A stretch of 64,000 nucleotides of DNA. Source: an uncultured Acidobacteriota bacterium (GTDB taxonomy: Bacteria > Acidobacteriota > UBA6911). This document shows, one piece after another, positions 47,528 to 58,274 of this stretch (its first letter is position 1; every line of letters starts with the position of its first letter). The DNA lies in assembly GCA_963809485.1 (NCBI GenBank), contig CAWEJX010000008.1, positions 288,001-352,000 on the forward strand, read 5' to 3'. The notes under the pieces were generated by a model. It was not told where the DNA came from. It ran no database searches and saw only the letters and a list, made by a program, of their open reading frames with translations. The position numbers and the translations under genes were made by a program.

Positions 47528-47922
47528 GTCAGGTACCTCCGGCAAAGCCGGAGGCTTGAAAGATTTGAACCGCTCAAAGCGGTTGGAGGAGTTGCGCCGG
47601 TCTTGAACGCTGACTTACGCGGGCAAAAGCCGATGAGGCGCTTCCGATCCCCGCAGGGGCCAGCGCTCCGCGCTGGACAGTTTTCTGCGGCGGCACTGTG
47701 GCAAGCGCCGTGCGGCAAGCAGATGAAGGGTATGAGAAACCGGGCGTTTGCCACAGTGCCGCCGCAGAAAACTCCATCGGAAGCGCCTCATCGGCTTTTG
47801 CTCGCCGACCCTCGCCGAACAAATCGGCGTTTGTCAGCGCTTTTATCAGCGTTTCTCAGCGTTTCAAAATACGGAGCTGTCAAACTCTTTGAGTCCCCCG
47901 GCAGAGCCGGGGGTTTACCAAT
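47528..47922 (-). mobile_element. Non-autonomous IS200/IS605-type element (PATE-like), full 395 bp copy
   Basis: Subterminal hairpins at both ends, no TIR or TSD; on the minus strand it follows TTAC and ends in TGAC. Confidence 0.88.
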
Positions 47923-48302
47923 GTAATTACGCCTACGGCTCTGCCGGATGATACCTGCTCAGTGTTTTTTCAGCGCAGGCCGGCGTTATGGATCCCGAAG
48001 CCGTCAAATCCAGCAAGCCTCACCGCAGATCTTTGAATTGCCCATGCATTCATAATTGTGTGCGGTCGTCGCTGCATATGTCGCGAACCAGGGTGCCGCT
48101 GTGAAAAATCCCCTTACGCTATCCTTACGGTTTCCTCACGGCAAGCTCAACCGAATTAGGCGATAAATCAATACAAATGTCCGAAAAGCCCTTTCACCAG
48201 ATTGGTTAGGTTGTTTTACGTAATACGGGGCTACGAATGATGCACAAGGCCCATTTGGGTCAGGGCTTGGAGGACAGAACCTGGCGAAACCTTAGGAGGA
48301 CT

Positions 48303-51300
48303 ATGCATTCGAGAAAATATGTCGGACTGGTTTTTTGCCTGATCGCCGCAACAGTATTCATTGCGGGAACCTGTCAGCCGTTGGCCGGCCAGACGACAGG
48401 CGGCACCCTGCGTGGGGTGGTCAAAGACGGCACGGGCGGAGTGATCCCCGATGCAATCGTCACGGCAACGAATGAGGCAACGGGGGCAAAGTTCGAAACG
48501 GCTGCAAGCAGCGCCGGACTCTTTTCTTTCACCAACCTGCTGGTCGGCAATTATTCTGTTTCAGTGGAGCATACGGGATTTAAGAGTTTTGTTCGAAAGA
48601 ACGTCCCCGTGTCCGCCAACCAGATCACCGATTCCGATGCCATACTGGAGGTCGGAGCGGTGACCACAATCGTCGAAGTGGAAGGAGGAGCGGAAATGGT
48701 GTCCACTTCGACTTCCCAATTGGGAGCTACCCTCGAGGAGAGAGCCGTTTTGGATCTCCCCAATTCTGTTCTTGGCGGAAGCCCTCTGAATCTCGCGATC
48801 CTGCTTCCGAACACGACCACGCAGGCAGGCGGCGTTTCGGGAGAAGGCGGCTCGATCGGCGGCAACCGGCCGCGCAACAACAATTTCACCATTGACGGCG
48901 TTGACAACAACGACGTCTCCATAACCGGCTCTCTGCAGCCTGTGATCCAGGACGCCGTGGCCGAATTCAACCTGATCAGCAACCAGTTCAGCGCCGAATA
49001 CGGCCATTCCACGGCCGGGCAATTCAACATCATCACCAAGTCCGGAACCAACGACTTTCACGGGAGCGCCTTCTATTACGGCCAGAATCGCAGCCTGAAC
49101 GCCATGGACAACCTGAACAAGGCGGCCCTCGAGGCCGGCGACATCGATAAAAAGCCTCGCTTTGACTATACCCGCCTCGGCGGCACGTTCGGGGGTCCGA
49201 TCAGAAAAGACAAGCTCTTTTTTTTCGGCGCCTATGAATACCGCACACGCGGAGAGGCAGCCACGGGAGTCACAGTTCTCAGTCCCACCCAGTCCGGGAT
49301 GTCTCTTTTGAACAACCTCGCCGCAAATTCCGAGGTGAAGGATATATTGCAGCAGTTCCCGTTGGCGTCGACGGCTTCCGATTCGGTCACGGTGAGCGGC
49401 CAGGAAATTCCGGTCGGAAACGTGCAGTATTTTGCGCCCGATTACGACACACAGCACGATTTTCAGACCAACCTGGATTACAATCTCGCCCGGCACCAGC
49501 TGCGCGGAAGGTTTTTGTATGACCGATTGCGCCAGCCAAACCTGAATCCGGCGCTGCCGCTGCCACAATTTACCGGCGCCTATTACCGGGATGCCCGCAA
49601 AGTGGCCTTCACCGACATCTGGGCGATCTCTTCCAGGCTGGCGAACGATTTTCGCCTTTCCTATTCCCGCAATAACCTGGGATGGAGTATCCCCGAAGAT
49701 TTTGCCAACTTCCCCACGGTCAAAATCGACGAACTGGGCCTGAACATCGGCCCCGAGGAAAATTCGCCCCAAAGCAGCATACAGAACAGCTATCAGGCGC
49801 TCAACAACCTGAGCTATGTAGTCGGACGCCACCAGATCAAGGCCGGCATTGAATATCGCAACATAATTTCGCCCGGAGATCTCCTGCCGCGAAGCCGCGG
49901 CGAGTGGGATTACGCGGACATGAGCGAGTTCATCAATGACCTGGTCCCCAACGGCTACAATGGCGCACTGCGCGGGGCGGGATCCGGTTTTTTTGCCGGC
50001 AACCAGCAATCTCTGTACTGGTTCTTCCAGGATGACTTGAAGGCCACCCGGAATCTTACGCTCAATCTTGGAATTCGCTATGAATTCACGACCAATCCGC
50101 GCGATGCAGACCTTCAGACTCTAAACGCCATCGCAACTCTCCCGGGCGTATTCGAGTTCCGGAATCCTACCACCGACAAGAACAACTTCGGGCCGCGGTT
50201 CGGCTTTGCCTATTCACCCGATTTTGACGGTGGTTTTCTGAGAAAGCTGTTCGGCCCCCAAGGCACGTCGTCCATACGAGGCGGATTCGCTCTCGCCTAT
50301 GATGTCAATTTTCAGAACCTGGTGCTTCTGCAGCTGCCTCCGCAGGTTCAGACGGAACAAAATCCGACCATAACCTGCACCTACGCCACTCCACCCGCCT
50401 GGTGTGCCACAGGCACGGGATTCCTGGCAGGGGGCGGCTTGCTCCAGGTCAACGTCCCGCCTGTTACCCAGGAGGAAGCCCGCGCTGCGACGGGCTCCCT
50501 GATCGTGGACCAGGTGGCGCCCAAAACCTACACATGGACCTTGAGCATGCAGCGCGAGTTTGCCAAAAACTACGTCCTGGAGCTTCGCTACCTCGGCACC
50601 CGGGGCCAAAATCTGCCACTGCAGGCCCGCCTGAATGCTATTACAGTTTTTGAGCATCATCCGGAGCTTGCCCTGCCCACCTATTTTGCCGACGCGGAAG
50701 TGCCATCCCTTGTTTCACTGGCGGCACCCAGCCTCCTGGATTTCTATAGCGCTCAGGATCTGCGCTATTCCTCGGACGGGTTCTACAGCCTGGTCACGGC
50801 GTTCCCGGCCGTAGGTAATTCGATCTACCACGCCGGATCCGTTGAGATTCGCCGCCGATTTTCCCGCGGCCTTTTCATGCTTGCGAATTATACCTGGAGC
50901 CGCACCATCGATGATTCCACCAACGAGCTTTACTCGAGCCTCGTGAATCCCCGCCGCCCGCAGGACCCTTACAATCTGAGGAATGAACGAGGGCTCTCGG
51001 CTCTTGATATGCCTCACAAATTCTCGGTCTCCTGGACCTATGAACTGCCGAGATTCTTTCCCGGCAACGCTCTCGCCGGACGGTTTCTGGGCGGGTGGCA
51101 ATTCAACGGCAGCTATCTGGCTCAGAGCGGTCAGCCGGTCACGGCGCTTGCCGGCCAGGATGCAAATGGCGATTACGACGCCGCCGGAGACCGGGCCTTG
51201 CTGAATCCCAATGGCAACGGCCTTACAGGCACCCGCGTGAATTATGTACTGAGAGATCCTTCTACGGGAGCGACGTCCATCGTCACGGGGATCGACGATT

Positions 51301-51680
51301 ACGGGAGTCAGGATTCCCAGGTCGTAGGGTATGTGGCGGCCGATCCGAAAGCCCGGTTTGTGGTAGCCATGCCTGGAACGGTCGATGACGGGAGACGCGC
51401 TGGCCGGAATACCATTCGATCCCTGGGATTGAACAACTGGAATTTCTCGATTTTCAAGGCGTTCAGACTTGATGAAGCCAGGCAATTCCAGCTTCGTGCC
51501 GAGTTTTTCAATGCGCTGAACCACCGCCAATACAGCCTGGGACTGCCTTCGTACGAGCAGTCGACAGACAATGCCTTGAGCAGCACCTATGCCAACGTCT
51601 CCGCTCTTCAGTTCCTGGATGCCAGCCAGTTCAGCGGCGGCAGCCGGACGGTCCAGATGAGCCTGAAGTTCATCTTTTAG
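48303..51680 (+). CDS. TonB-dependent receptor, Oar/Acidobacteria type with N-terminal carboxypeptidase-regulatory-like domain
   Basis: G.V.D.TGGVIP.A.VT, NNFTIDGVDNND, FSAEYG, TKSGTN.FHGS, TLNLGIRYE, NNFGPRFGFAY, LRAEFFNALNH, terminal Phe; RBS AGGAGG before 48303. Confidence 0.93.
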   Translation: MHSRKYVGLVFCLIAATVFIAGTCQPLAGQTTGGTLRGVVKDGTGGVIPDAIVTATNEATGAKFETAASSAGLFSFTNLLVGNYSVSVEHTGFKSFVRKNVPVSANQITDSDAILEVGAVTTIVEVEGGAEMVSTSTSQLGATLEERAVLDLPNSVLGGSPLNLAILLPNTTTQAGGVSGEGGSIGGNRPRNNNFTIDGVDNNDVSITGSLQPVIQDAVAEFNLISNQFSAEYGHSTAGQFNIITKSGTNDFHGSAFYYGQNRSLNAMDNLNKAALEAGDIDKKPRFDYTRLGGTFGGPIRKDKLFFFGAYEYRTRGEAATGVTVLSPTQSGMSLLNNLAANSEVKDILQQFPLASTASDSVTVSGQEIPVGNVQYFAPDYDTQHDFQTNLDYNLARHQLRGRFLYDRLRQPNLNPALPLPQFTGAYYRDARKVAFTDIWAISSRLANDFRLSYSRNNLGWSIPEDFANFPTVKIDELGLNIGPEENSPQSSIQNSYQALNNLSYVVGRHQIKAGIEYRNIISPGDLLPRSRGEWDYADMSEFINDLVPNGYNGALRGAGSGFFAGNQQSLYWFFQDDLKATRNLTLNLGIRYEFTTNPRDADLQTLNAIATLPGVFEFRNPTTDKNNFGPRFGFAYSPDFDGGFLRKLFGPQGTSSIRGGFALAYDVNFQNLVLLQLPPQVQTEQNPTITCTYATPPAWCATGTGFLAGGGLLQVNVPPVTQEEARAATGSLIVDQVAPKTYTWTLSMQREFAKNYVLELRYLGTRGQNLPLQARLNAITVFEHHPELALPTYFADAEVPSLVSLAAPSLLDFYSAQDLRYSSDGFYSLVTAFPAVGNSIYHAGSVEIRRRFSRGLFMLANYTWSRTIDDSTNELYSSLVNPRRPQDPYNLRNERGLSALDMPHKFSVSWTYELPRFFPGNALAGRFLGGWQFNGSYLAQSGQPVTALAGQDANGDYDAAGDRALLNPNGNGLTGTRVNYVLRDPSTGATSIVTGIDDYGSQDSQVVGYVAADPKARFVVAMPGTVDDGRRAGRNTIRSLGLNNWNFSIFKAFRLDEARQFQLRAEFFNALNHRQYSLGLPSYEQSTDNALSSTYANVSALQFLDASQFSGGSRTVQMSLKFIF

Positions 51681-51745
51681 CGCCAGGTCGCAAGGCTCCA
51701 CCGGTAGCCCTCCGGAAACCTTTGCAGACAAAGTGCAGGATGGAC

Positions 51746-51786
51746 AAAAAGGGGGAAGGCGGTCCTGAAGGCGCCTTCCCCCTTTT
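51746..51786. terminator. Bidirectional intrinsic terminator between convergent genes
   Basis: aaaaagggggaaggcg ... cgccttccccctttt. Confidence 0.75.
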
Positions 51787-51832
51787 GGAAATCTCGAATA
51801 GTTTTTTCCGCAACTCAAGGACTATTGCTGTG

Positions 51833-53098
51833 TCAAATGGCTTGCGAGGCCCTGGCTTTTGCTCTCCTCTCCAATACAATGGGAGCGCTCTCTTTATAGA
51901 ATAATGCTACAACCAAAGCCACCGCCATGGAGATGGCGCAACCCCAGATCGCCGCGTGCAATCCATATTTATCGGCAAGAATTCCCAACAATATGGCGCC
52001 GCCGGATGCGCCCAGCAGTTCGCCGGTCAACTGGTTCGCTCCAATAATTGTCGCGACAAATCTCGGATCGCCGGACTCGGCCGGAATTGTGGATTGCATA
52101 AGAGCGCAGACCCCAACGCCACCCCAACCCACAAATGCAACCAGCATCAGCAGAAAGAGATTGGAGGGAGCATACAGGATTCCGATGGAGGCAAACACCC
52201 CCAATGCGGCGGCAATGAGGACCATGGGCTTACGCCCGACCTTATCGGACAATCCGGGAACCACAATGCCCCAGAAGATTGCGCCCAGGCCAAAGGCACT
52301 CATTACGTAGCTCATATAGGAAGGATCCAGGCCCTTCACGTTTACCAGATATCCGGGCGTATAGGTCAGCATGCAGATATACCAGCAGAGCAGGAAAATG
52401 GTCCCGATAATGGAAAGTATGATATTTCTTTTGCCCAGCACTTCGGAAATCTTCGCCTTCTCCCTGGCTTTGCCTTCAGCCAGGGCGCGACGCTCGGCCT
52501 CTTCCCGCGTCTCGGGATTGATGAGAATCTTGGCAATCATGATGGAAATAATGATTCCGGGGACGATCGTCACCACAAACGTCCATCTCCAGCCGATGGA
52601 TTTGGCCAGCGCCACCTGGATAATGGGGCCCAGCATGCTGGATATGAGACCCACGGCCACTACCTGCATCAATCCCATATTCAAGCCTCTTCGGCTGGGC
52701 GTGGATTGAGGGATGATGAAGCTCTGCGACACGGGCATGACGGGACCTTCGGAGGCGCCCATGATCAAGCGGATAAAAACCAGCATGACAAATCCGGTGG
52801 CAAGGCCCGTCAGCAGGGAGCAAATCGAAAACACCAGAACGATTCCCGCCAACAAAGCCTTTCTGGAACCCTTGCTGTCCGCAAACCAGCTTCCGAACAA
52901 ACCGACGATGGCCCAGCTGAAAGCAAATGCGGAGGTCGCCATGCCGAGTTGTGCGTTGTTCATTTTAAGATCGGGCAACACATAAACGGACAGGTTTGCC
53001 AACGCGAACCGGTCGAACATGACGAATCCGAATGCCAGGCACAGAGTCAGGACCATCCTATTTTCATAAGTCCAGAATCCTTTCGTCTTGCCATCCAT
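51833..53098 (-). CDS. MFS transporter (aromatic acid / ACS-like)
   Basis: FVMFDR, RLIMGASEG, RRGLNMG, GWRW, SDKVGRK; about 12 TM segments. Confidence 0.9.
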   Translation of the reverse strand: MDGKTKGFWTYENRMVLTLCLAFGFVMFDRFALANLSVYVLPDLKMNNAQLGMATSAFAFSWAIVGLFGSWFADSKGSRKALLAGIVLVFSICSLLTGLATGFVMLVFIRLIMGASEGPVMPVSQSFIIPQSTPSRRGLNMGLMQVVAVGLISSMLGPIIQVALAKSIGWRWTFVVTIVPGIIISIMIAKILINPETREEAERRALAEGKAREKAKISEVLGKRNIILSIIGTIFLLCWYICMLTYTPGYLVNVKGLDPSYMSYVMSAFGLGAIFWGIVVPGLSDKVGRKPMVLIAAALGVFASIGILYAPSNLFLLMLVAFVGWGGVGVCALMQSTIPAESGDPRFVATIIGANQLTGELLGASGGAILLGILADKYGLHAAIWGCAISMAVALVVALFYKESAPIVLERRAKARASQAI

Positions 53099-53226
53099 TT
53101 AGCTTGTCTCCTTCCATTCCATGGGAAATAGCAATAGCCAACTATCAAGAACCACTAGGTGTATTTCGAATTTTCCGCGGCGGCATAGTATCACCCAATT
53201 GGGGGGACAGGCTACCTGATTCCGGA

Positions 53227-53621
53227 GTCGGGCACCTCCGGCAAAGCCGGAGGCTTGTAAGATTTGAACCGCTCAAAGCGGTTGGAGGAGTTACGCCGGT
53301 CTTGAACGCTGACTTACGCGGGCAAAAGCCGATGAGGCGCTTCCGATCCCCGCAGGGGCCAGCGCTCCGCGCTGGACAGTTTTCTGCGGCGGCACTGTGG
53401 CAAGCGCCGTGCGGCAAGGAGATGAAGGGTATGAGAAACCGGGCGTTTGCCACAGTGCCGCCGCAGAAAACTCCATCGGAAGCGCCCCATCGGTTTTTGC
53501 ACGCCGATCCTCGCCGAACAAATCAGCGTTTGTCAGCGCTTTTATCAGCGTTTCTCAGCGTTTCAAAATACGGAGCTGTCAAACTCTTTGAGTCCCCCGG
53601 CAGAGCCGTGGGTTTACCAAT
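53227..53621 (-). mobile_element. Non-autonomous IS200/IS605-type element, full 395 bp copy
   Basis: Same length and near-identical to 47528-47922; also follows TTAC on the minus strand. Confidence 0.88.
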
Positions 53622-53885
53622 GTAATCATTAGGTTCGCCCGGGGCAAGCCAGACCGTTGTTTCGGACCCAGCCCTTTCCGCAGCAGCTTCCTGCAGGCTA
53701 TTTCTTTCAGGCGACAAACAAATTCCTTGTTCCCGAATTGTGGAATCCCGTAGCCTGTCCCTGTATCCGTGAGATAAAATGGCCTCGATTGAAGGTTGGT
53801 GTTGCTGAACTCCAAGCCGATGCAGCTGGGCAATCATGGTTTTGTTGTCTTCATAAACATACATTTTTCATGAGGTGATCAGCCA

Positions 53886-55199
53886 ATGACATCCCGGACT
53901 GAATTAAAAAAATTCCAGGCGGAAAACCTGCTTCTCAAAAAGCAGATTGAGGAAAAGGCCGGCAAAACGGTCGACCAGCTCTATGCCGAAAGAGCCAAAC
54001 GGGTGAGGGACGTAATCGAGTTGAGGGTGCCGGACCGGGTACCTTTCTCGTTCTTCGTCGAACCCCACACCTACTGCGGAATCCCCAATTCGGCCGCCTA
54101 TTACGACCCACTCACCTTCAAGCGGGCGACGCGGAAAATAGCCGTGGATCTGGAACCTGACATGTGCGAGGGCGGACTGCCGCGCTCCGGAGATGCGATG
54201 ACGGAGATGGATGTCAAAACCATGGTCTGGCCTGGCGGCCCGAAACCGCCTGACTTTGAGTACCAGTTCATCGAAGGGGAGTACATGAAGGAAGACGAGT
54301 ACGATATGTTCCTGAATGACCCTTCGGGTTTTATGATCCGGCGCTATCTTCCCCGCATCTACGGAGCCCTGGAACCTTTGAGCAAACTGCCTCCGCTGGA
54401 CAGCATGTACATGGGATTTGACGCACTGACGCCGCTCTTTATCACCCCGGAGTTCATCCAAATGGCTAAACGCCTGGCCAAAGCCGGAAAGCACGCCATA
54501 AAGTTCCGCAAAAACATCGGGGATGCTTATGAGGAGATGGCCCAGCTGGGATTCCCTCCATTCGCCCGGTTTCTGCCCGGCGGGGTGGGCGGAGCGCCTT
54601 TCGACACTGTTTCGAGCTTCCTGCGAGGCATGAAAGGCTCCATGCTCGATATGTATCGGCGGCCCGAGAAACTGCTCGCCGCCTGTGATGCGATCCTGGA
54701 AAGGCGTATCGCGCATGCCATTCCGGCCGACCGCAACGACAAAGACTTTCCTCAGAGAGTCGGAATGCCGCTCTGGAGAGGCGACCCGACGTTCATGTCC
54801 GAGGCTCAATTCAAGAGGTTTTACTGGCCCGGACTGAAAAAATCTCTGCAAACCCACGTGGATCTGGGTTATGTGCCCGTGCCGTTCTTTGAAGCTCCTT
54901 TTGGCGACCGGCTGGAGTGCCTGTCGGAGCTCCCCAAGGGGAAAGTATTGCCCGCGATAGAATCGGCGGATGCGGTCCGGGCGAAGGAGATGCTGGGAAA
55001 CCACAGCGCCCTGTTAGTGCATTGCCCGAACATGTTCAAGCTATGGTCGCTCCGGGACGTTGAATCGTTCGTCAAAGATCTCATTGACAAATGCGGCAAA
55101 AATGGCGGCCTCATTATTGCTATCCGGATACCGGACAAAGCCGAGACCCAAGACATCCAGGCCATGCTGAAATCACTGCGGGAATACAGCCGATATTGA
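53886..55199 (+). CDS. Uroporphyrinogen decarboxylase/MtaA-like superfamily protein
   Basis: PDRVP, EYMKEDEYD.F..DP, APFD.....RGM.G...DMYRRPEKL..AC, FMS..QF..FYWP, GG.I. Confidence 0.8.
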   Translation: MTSRTELKKFQAENLLLKKQIEEKAGKTVDQLYAERAKRVRDVIELRVPDRVPFSFFVEPHTYCGIPNSAAYYDPLTFKRATRKIAVDLEPDMCEGGLPRSGDAMTEMDVKTMVWPGGPKPPDFEYQFIEGEYMKEDEYDMFLNDPSGFMIRRYLPRIYGALEPLSKLPPLDSMYMGFDALTPLFITPEFIQMAKRLAKAGKHAIKFRKNIGDAYEEMAQLGFPPFARFLPGGVGGAPFDTVSSFLRGMKGSMLDMYRRPEKLLAACDAILERRIAHAIPADRNDKDFPQRVGMPLWRGDPTFMSEAQFKRFYWPGLKKSLQTHVDLGYVPVPFFEAPFGDRLECLSELPKGKVLPAIESADAVRAKEMLGNHSALLVHCPNMFKLWSLRDVESFVKDLIDKCGKNGGLIIAIRIPDKAETQDIQAMLKSLREYSRY

Positions 55200-55480
55200 T
55201 GCAAACTGTATGAGAGGACATGAATCAGGGGGACAGGCTGCATGATTCCGTAGTTGCCAGTTGCCAACGGGAGACTCCCATTGAACGGTCTATGGAACTG
55301 CTGAGTCCATAAGCCTGTCCCTGTGTTGCCATCTGCGTAGGTCGGCGTTACCAAAATGCCATACAAATCATATTAATGCGATAGATCCCAAAATAGGGTA
55401 AGCTGATTTTAAGAGACGCATTTAATGCGCTCAATTTCGGGCTAGAGAGCAATAGAAGTTTCTGTAAGGAGAACTATCCA

Positions 55481-57334
55481 ATGGCAGTCCCTTATGAAAT
55501 AGGCGGATATGTAGGCAAAATACTGCGCGTCGATCTTACGAGCGAGCGCATAAGTGAAGAAATCCTCGACATCGAAATTCTGCGAAAGTACGTCGGCGGC
55601 ACGGCGTTGGGCGCCAAATATCTATATGAAGAGGTTCCTCCGGGCGTCGAGTGGTCGGATCCTGAGAACCGGATGATGTTCTTCACCGGGCCCTTGACCG
55701 GAACGAAGGTCGGATCGGGGATCTTCTCCGTTATCAGCAAGGGGGCGACAACGGGATTGGCCGGGAGTTCCCAGGCAAACGGATTCTTCGGGGCCTTTCT
55801 GAAATTCGCCGGTTACGACGGCATCATCGTCCAGGGCCGGGCAAAGCAATGGTCCTATCTTTACATCCACGACAACACGGCCGAGATCCGAAACGCGGAA
55901 GACCTCGTGGGCAAGGACACATGGGAGACCGAGGATGCCATCAAGAAGGGATTGAAGCGGCAGAGCAGCGTTTATTCCATAGGCCCTGCCGGTGAAAACC
56001 TGGTCCGTTTCGCATGCATCGTCGGCGACCATGGTCATGTTGTTGCCCACAGCGGCCTGGGCGCGGTCATGGGATCGAAGCGGTTGAAGGCGGTTGTAGC
56101 CGAACGGATGCAGCGGAGCATCCCGGTTGTCGACCCGGGACGACTGAACGAGGTTGCGAAGTCCATGTACGAAGCGGCACAGAAGGCCATGCCCACTCTC
56201 TCTTCAGGAGGTACGGCTTCCGGATATCCCATCCTCTACCGGATCGGTCAGGTGCCCGTAAGGAACTACACGACGAATATCTTCCCGGAACACGAAAAAT
56301 TCGGCCCGGACTATCTTCGTACCCGCTTCAATAACACACCGACCAGCTGCTGGGCGTGCCGCTTTGCTCATTGCCGGCAAACCGAGGTCACCGAAGGCCC
56401 CTACAAAGGCTATCGGGGTGAAGAGCCCGAGTACGAGGTGTTGGCCGGGATGAGTGCGGCGATTGGCATAACCGACCCCGGCGCGACGGTTATGCTTGGG
56501 AACGAAATCGACCGGATGGGGCTGGAGGGGAACGAATCGAGCTACACGATTGCCTGGATGATGGAATGTTATGAGAACGGGTTCTTGAGCAAGGGAGACT
56601 TTGACGGACTCGAGATGACGTGGGGAAATGCCGAATCGACGCTTGCCATGCTGAAGAAGATCGCCTATCGGGAGGGCTGTGGCAATATTTATGCGGAAGG
56701 CCTGAAGAGAGTGGCGGAGAGGTTTGGCGGCGAGGCACAGAATTGCGCCGTCTATACCCTGAAGGCTGCAACTCCCCGCGGGCACGACCACCGGGCTCGC
56801 TGGACGGAGCTGGTCGACACCTGCACATCGAATACCGGCACGATCGAGATTGGCCCCGGAGTTCCCTTCATCAAGGAGCTGGGACAGACGCCGCCCAAGG
56901 ATCCCTTTGATGCGATGGATGTCTCGACCATGAACGCCGTCGTAAACGGGCGGCGTGTTTTTGAGGATTCCCTGGCTGTCTGCATCCTCACCAGCCACGA
57001 TTTTCAGATGGAGGTTGAAGCCCTCAACGCCGTAACCGGCCTGGATTATGGCTTGCAGGAGGCGTTTGACGTTGGACGGCGCGCCGTTAATCAGCTTCGG
57101 GTTTTCAACTTCCGCCACGGGCTGACAAAAGAAATGGAGGCTCCCTCTGTCCGTTATGCCTCGGTGCCGGTGGATGGCCCGCAGGCGGGCAAGGCCATCA
57201 TGCCCCACTGGGAAGCGCTGCGGAGCAACTACTACCAAAAAATGGGATGGGATCCCGAAACGGGCAAGCCGCTGCCTGAGACTCTGGAAAAGCTCGGGCT
57301 TGGACACCTCATTCCCGACCTTGGTAATTCCTGA
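55481..57334 (+). CDS. aor: Aldehyde:ferredoxin oxidoreductase (W/Mo AOR family)
   Basis: GYVGKILRVDL, SIGPAGENLV, GAVMGSK, CWAC...C, PEYE, HDHR, YY.KMGWDPETGKP; close paralog of 17599-19428. Confidence 0.93.
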   Translation: MAVPYEIGGYVGKILRVDLTSERISEEILDIEILRKYVGGTALGAKYLYEEVPPGVEWSDPENRMMFFTGPLTGTKVGSGIFSVISKGATTGLAGSSQANGFFGAFLKFAGYDGIIVQGRAKQWSYLYIHDNTAEIRNAEDLVGKDTWETEDAIKKGLKRQSSVYSIGPAGENLVRFACIVGDHGHVVAHSGLGAVMGSKRLKAVVAERMQRSIPVVDPGRLNEVAKSMYEAAQKAMPTLSSGGTASGYPILYRIGQVPVRNYTTNIFPEHEKFGPDYLRTRFNNTPTSCWACRFAHCRQTEVTEGPYKGYRGEEPEYEVLAGMSAAIGITDPGATVMLGNEIDRMGLEGNESSYTIAWMMECYENGFLSKGDFDGLEMTWGNAESTLAMLKKIAYREGCGNIYAEGLKRVAERFGGEAQNCAVYTLKAATPRGHDHRARWTELVDTCTSNTGTIEIGPGVPFIKELGQTPPKDPFDAMDVSTMNAVVNGRRVFEDSLAVCILTSHDFQMEVEALNAVTGLDYGLQEAFDVGRRAVNQLRVFNFRHGLTKEMEAPSVRYASVPVDGPQAGKAIMPHWEALRSNYYQKMGWDPETGKPLPETLEKLGLGHLIPDLGNS

Positions 57335-57589
57335 GAAAAGCCTTAACCGCCAAAGGCAAGAGCCGTGGCGAATGATCAATGAGCTACAGGTTTATTTTCA
57401 AGCAGGAATGCGGCACTTTTGATGCGGAATTGCCGGCGCGAATCTTTGTATCATTATGTGGCACCAATGTCGTAATAGTGACAGGGCGGGGTGAGTTGAG
57501 TCGTGCTGCGAGAGAATCGGGACAAGATCTGGAGCAATCTGACGAACGTCTGTAAGGAAATCCGACGATGCGAAATTTTTGCCCAAAGC

Positions 57590-58274
57590 CTATATTTTTT
57601 CTGCTTTGACAATCCAGTTTGAGAAGAACTGTTGTTCCCCATTGTGATCCCAATACCCTTCGCTTTTGCTGCGCGAAACAGCGCGAAATCCTTCGAGGAA
57701 TTCATCCAGATCCGCTTCGTCCGCAAAATAGTGAATTTCTCCGGGTGTAATGGATTTGGCGCACCGATAGGTATGCGGAGCCACCATTTCGCCAAAACCA
57801 TATTTGCCATCCATCCGGCTGGGACAGGTGAAGAAAAAGATCCCCTTCTGATGGAGCAGTTTGTGAACGTGTCGCATTGCCTGCATGAATTGGGCGCGCA
57901 ATCCATGGTAGAGAACATTGTAGCTGAGCACCACGTCAAAAAAATTAGATGGCAAGGTCTGCATCCATGGCGTCGCAAACGCGCGTATCGATGGCCAACT
58001 GGAGAAGGTTTGCCCAGTCCCGAAGGTGTTGAATAGCGGTTGGCGAAGGGTCGGTAGCCGTTACGGAAAAACCCGCAGCGGCAAAGGCAATGGCGTGGCG
58101 CCCGAGACCGCAGCCCAAGTCCAGGATCCTGGGCATATCCACTGGCGAAAGGGAGGCAATGAGATCCGTAACCTCCGGCGCAGGAGTTTTCCACCAGGCA
58201 TGGTTCTCGGTATCGGACCAAAAGGCTTCCCAAACGCTCTCAGCCATGGATTTATTCTCTGTTTGAATAGACAT
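57590..58274 (-). CDS. Class I SAM-dependent methyltransferase, one frameshift near 57960
   Basis: ILDLGCGLGRHA joined to FDVVLSYNVLYHG. Confidence 0.8.
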
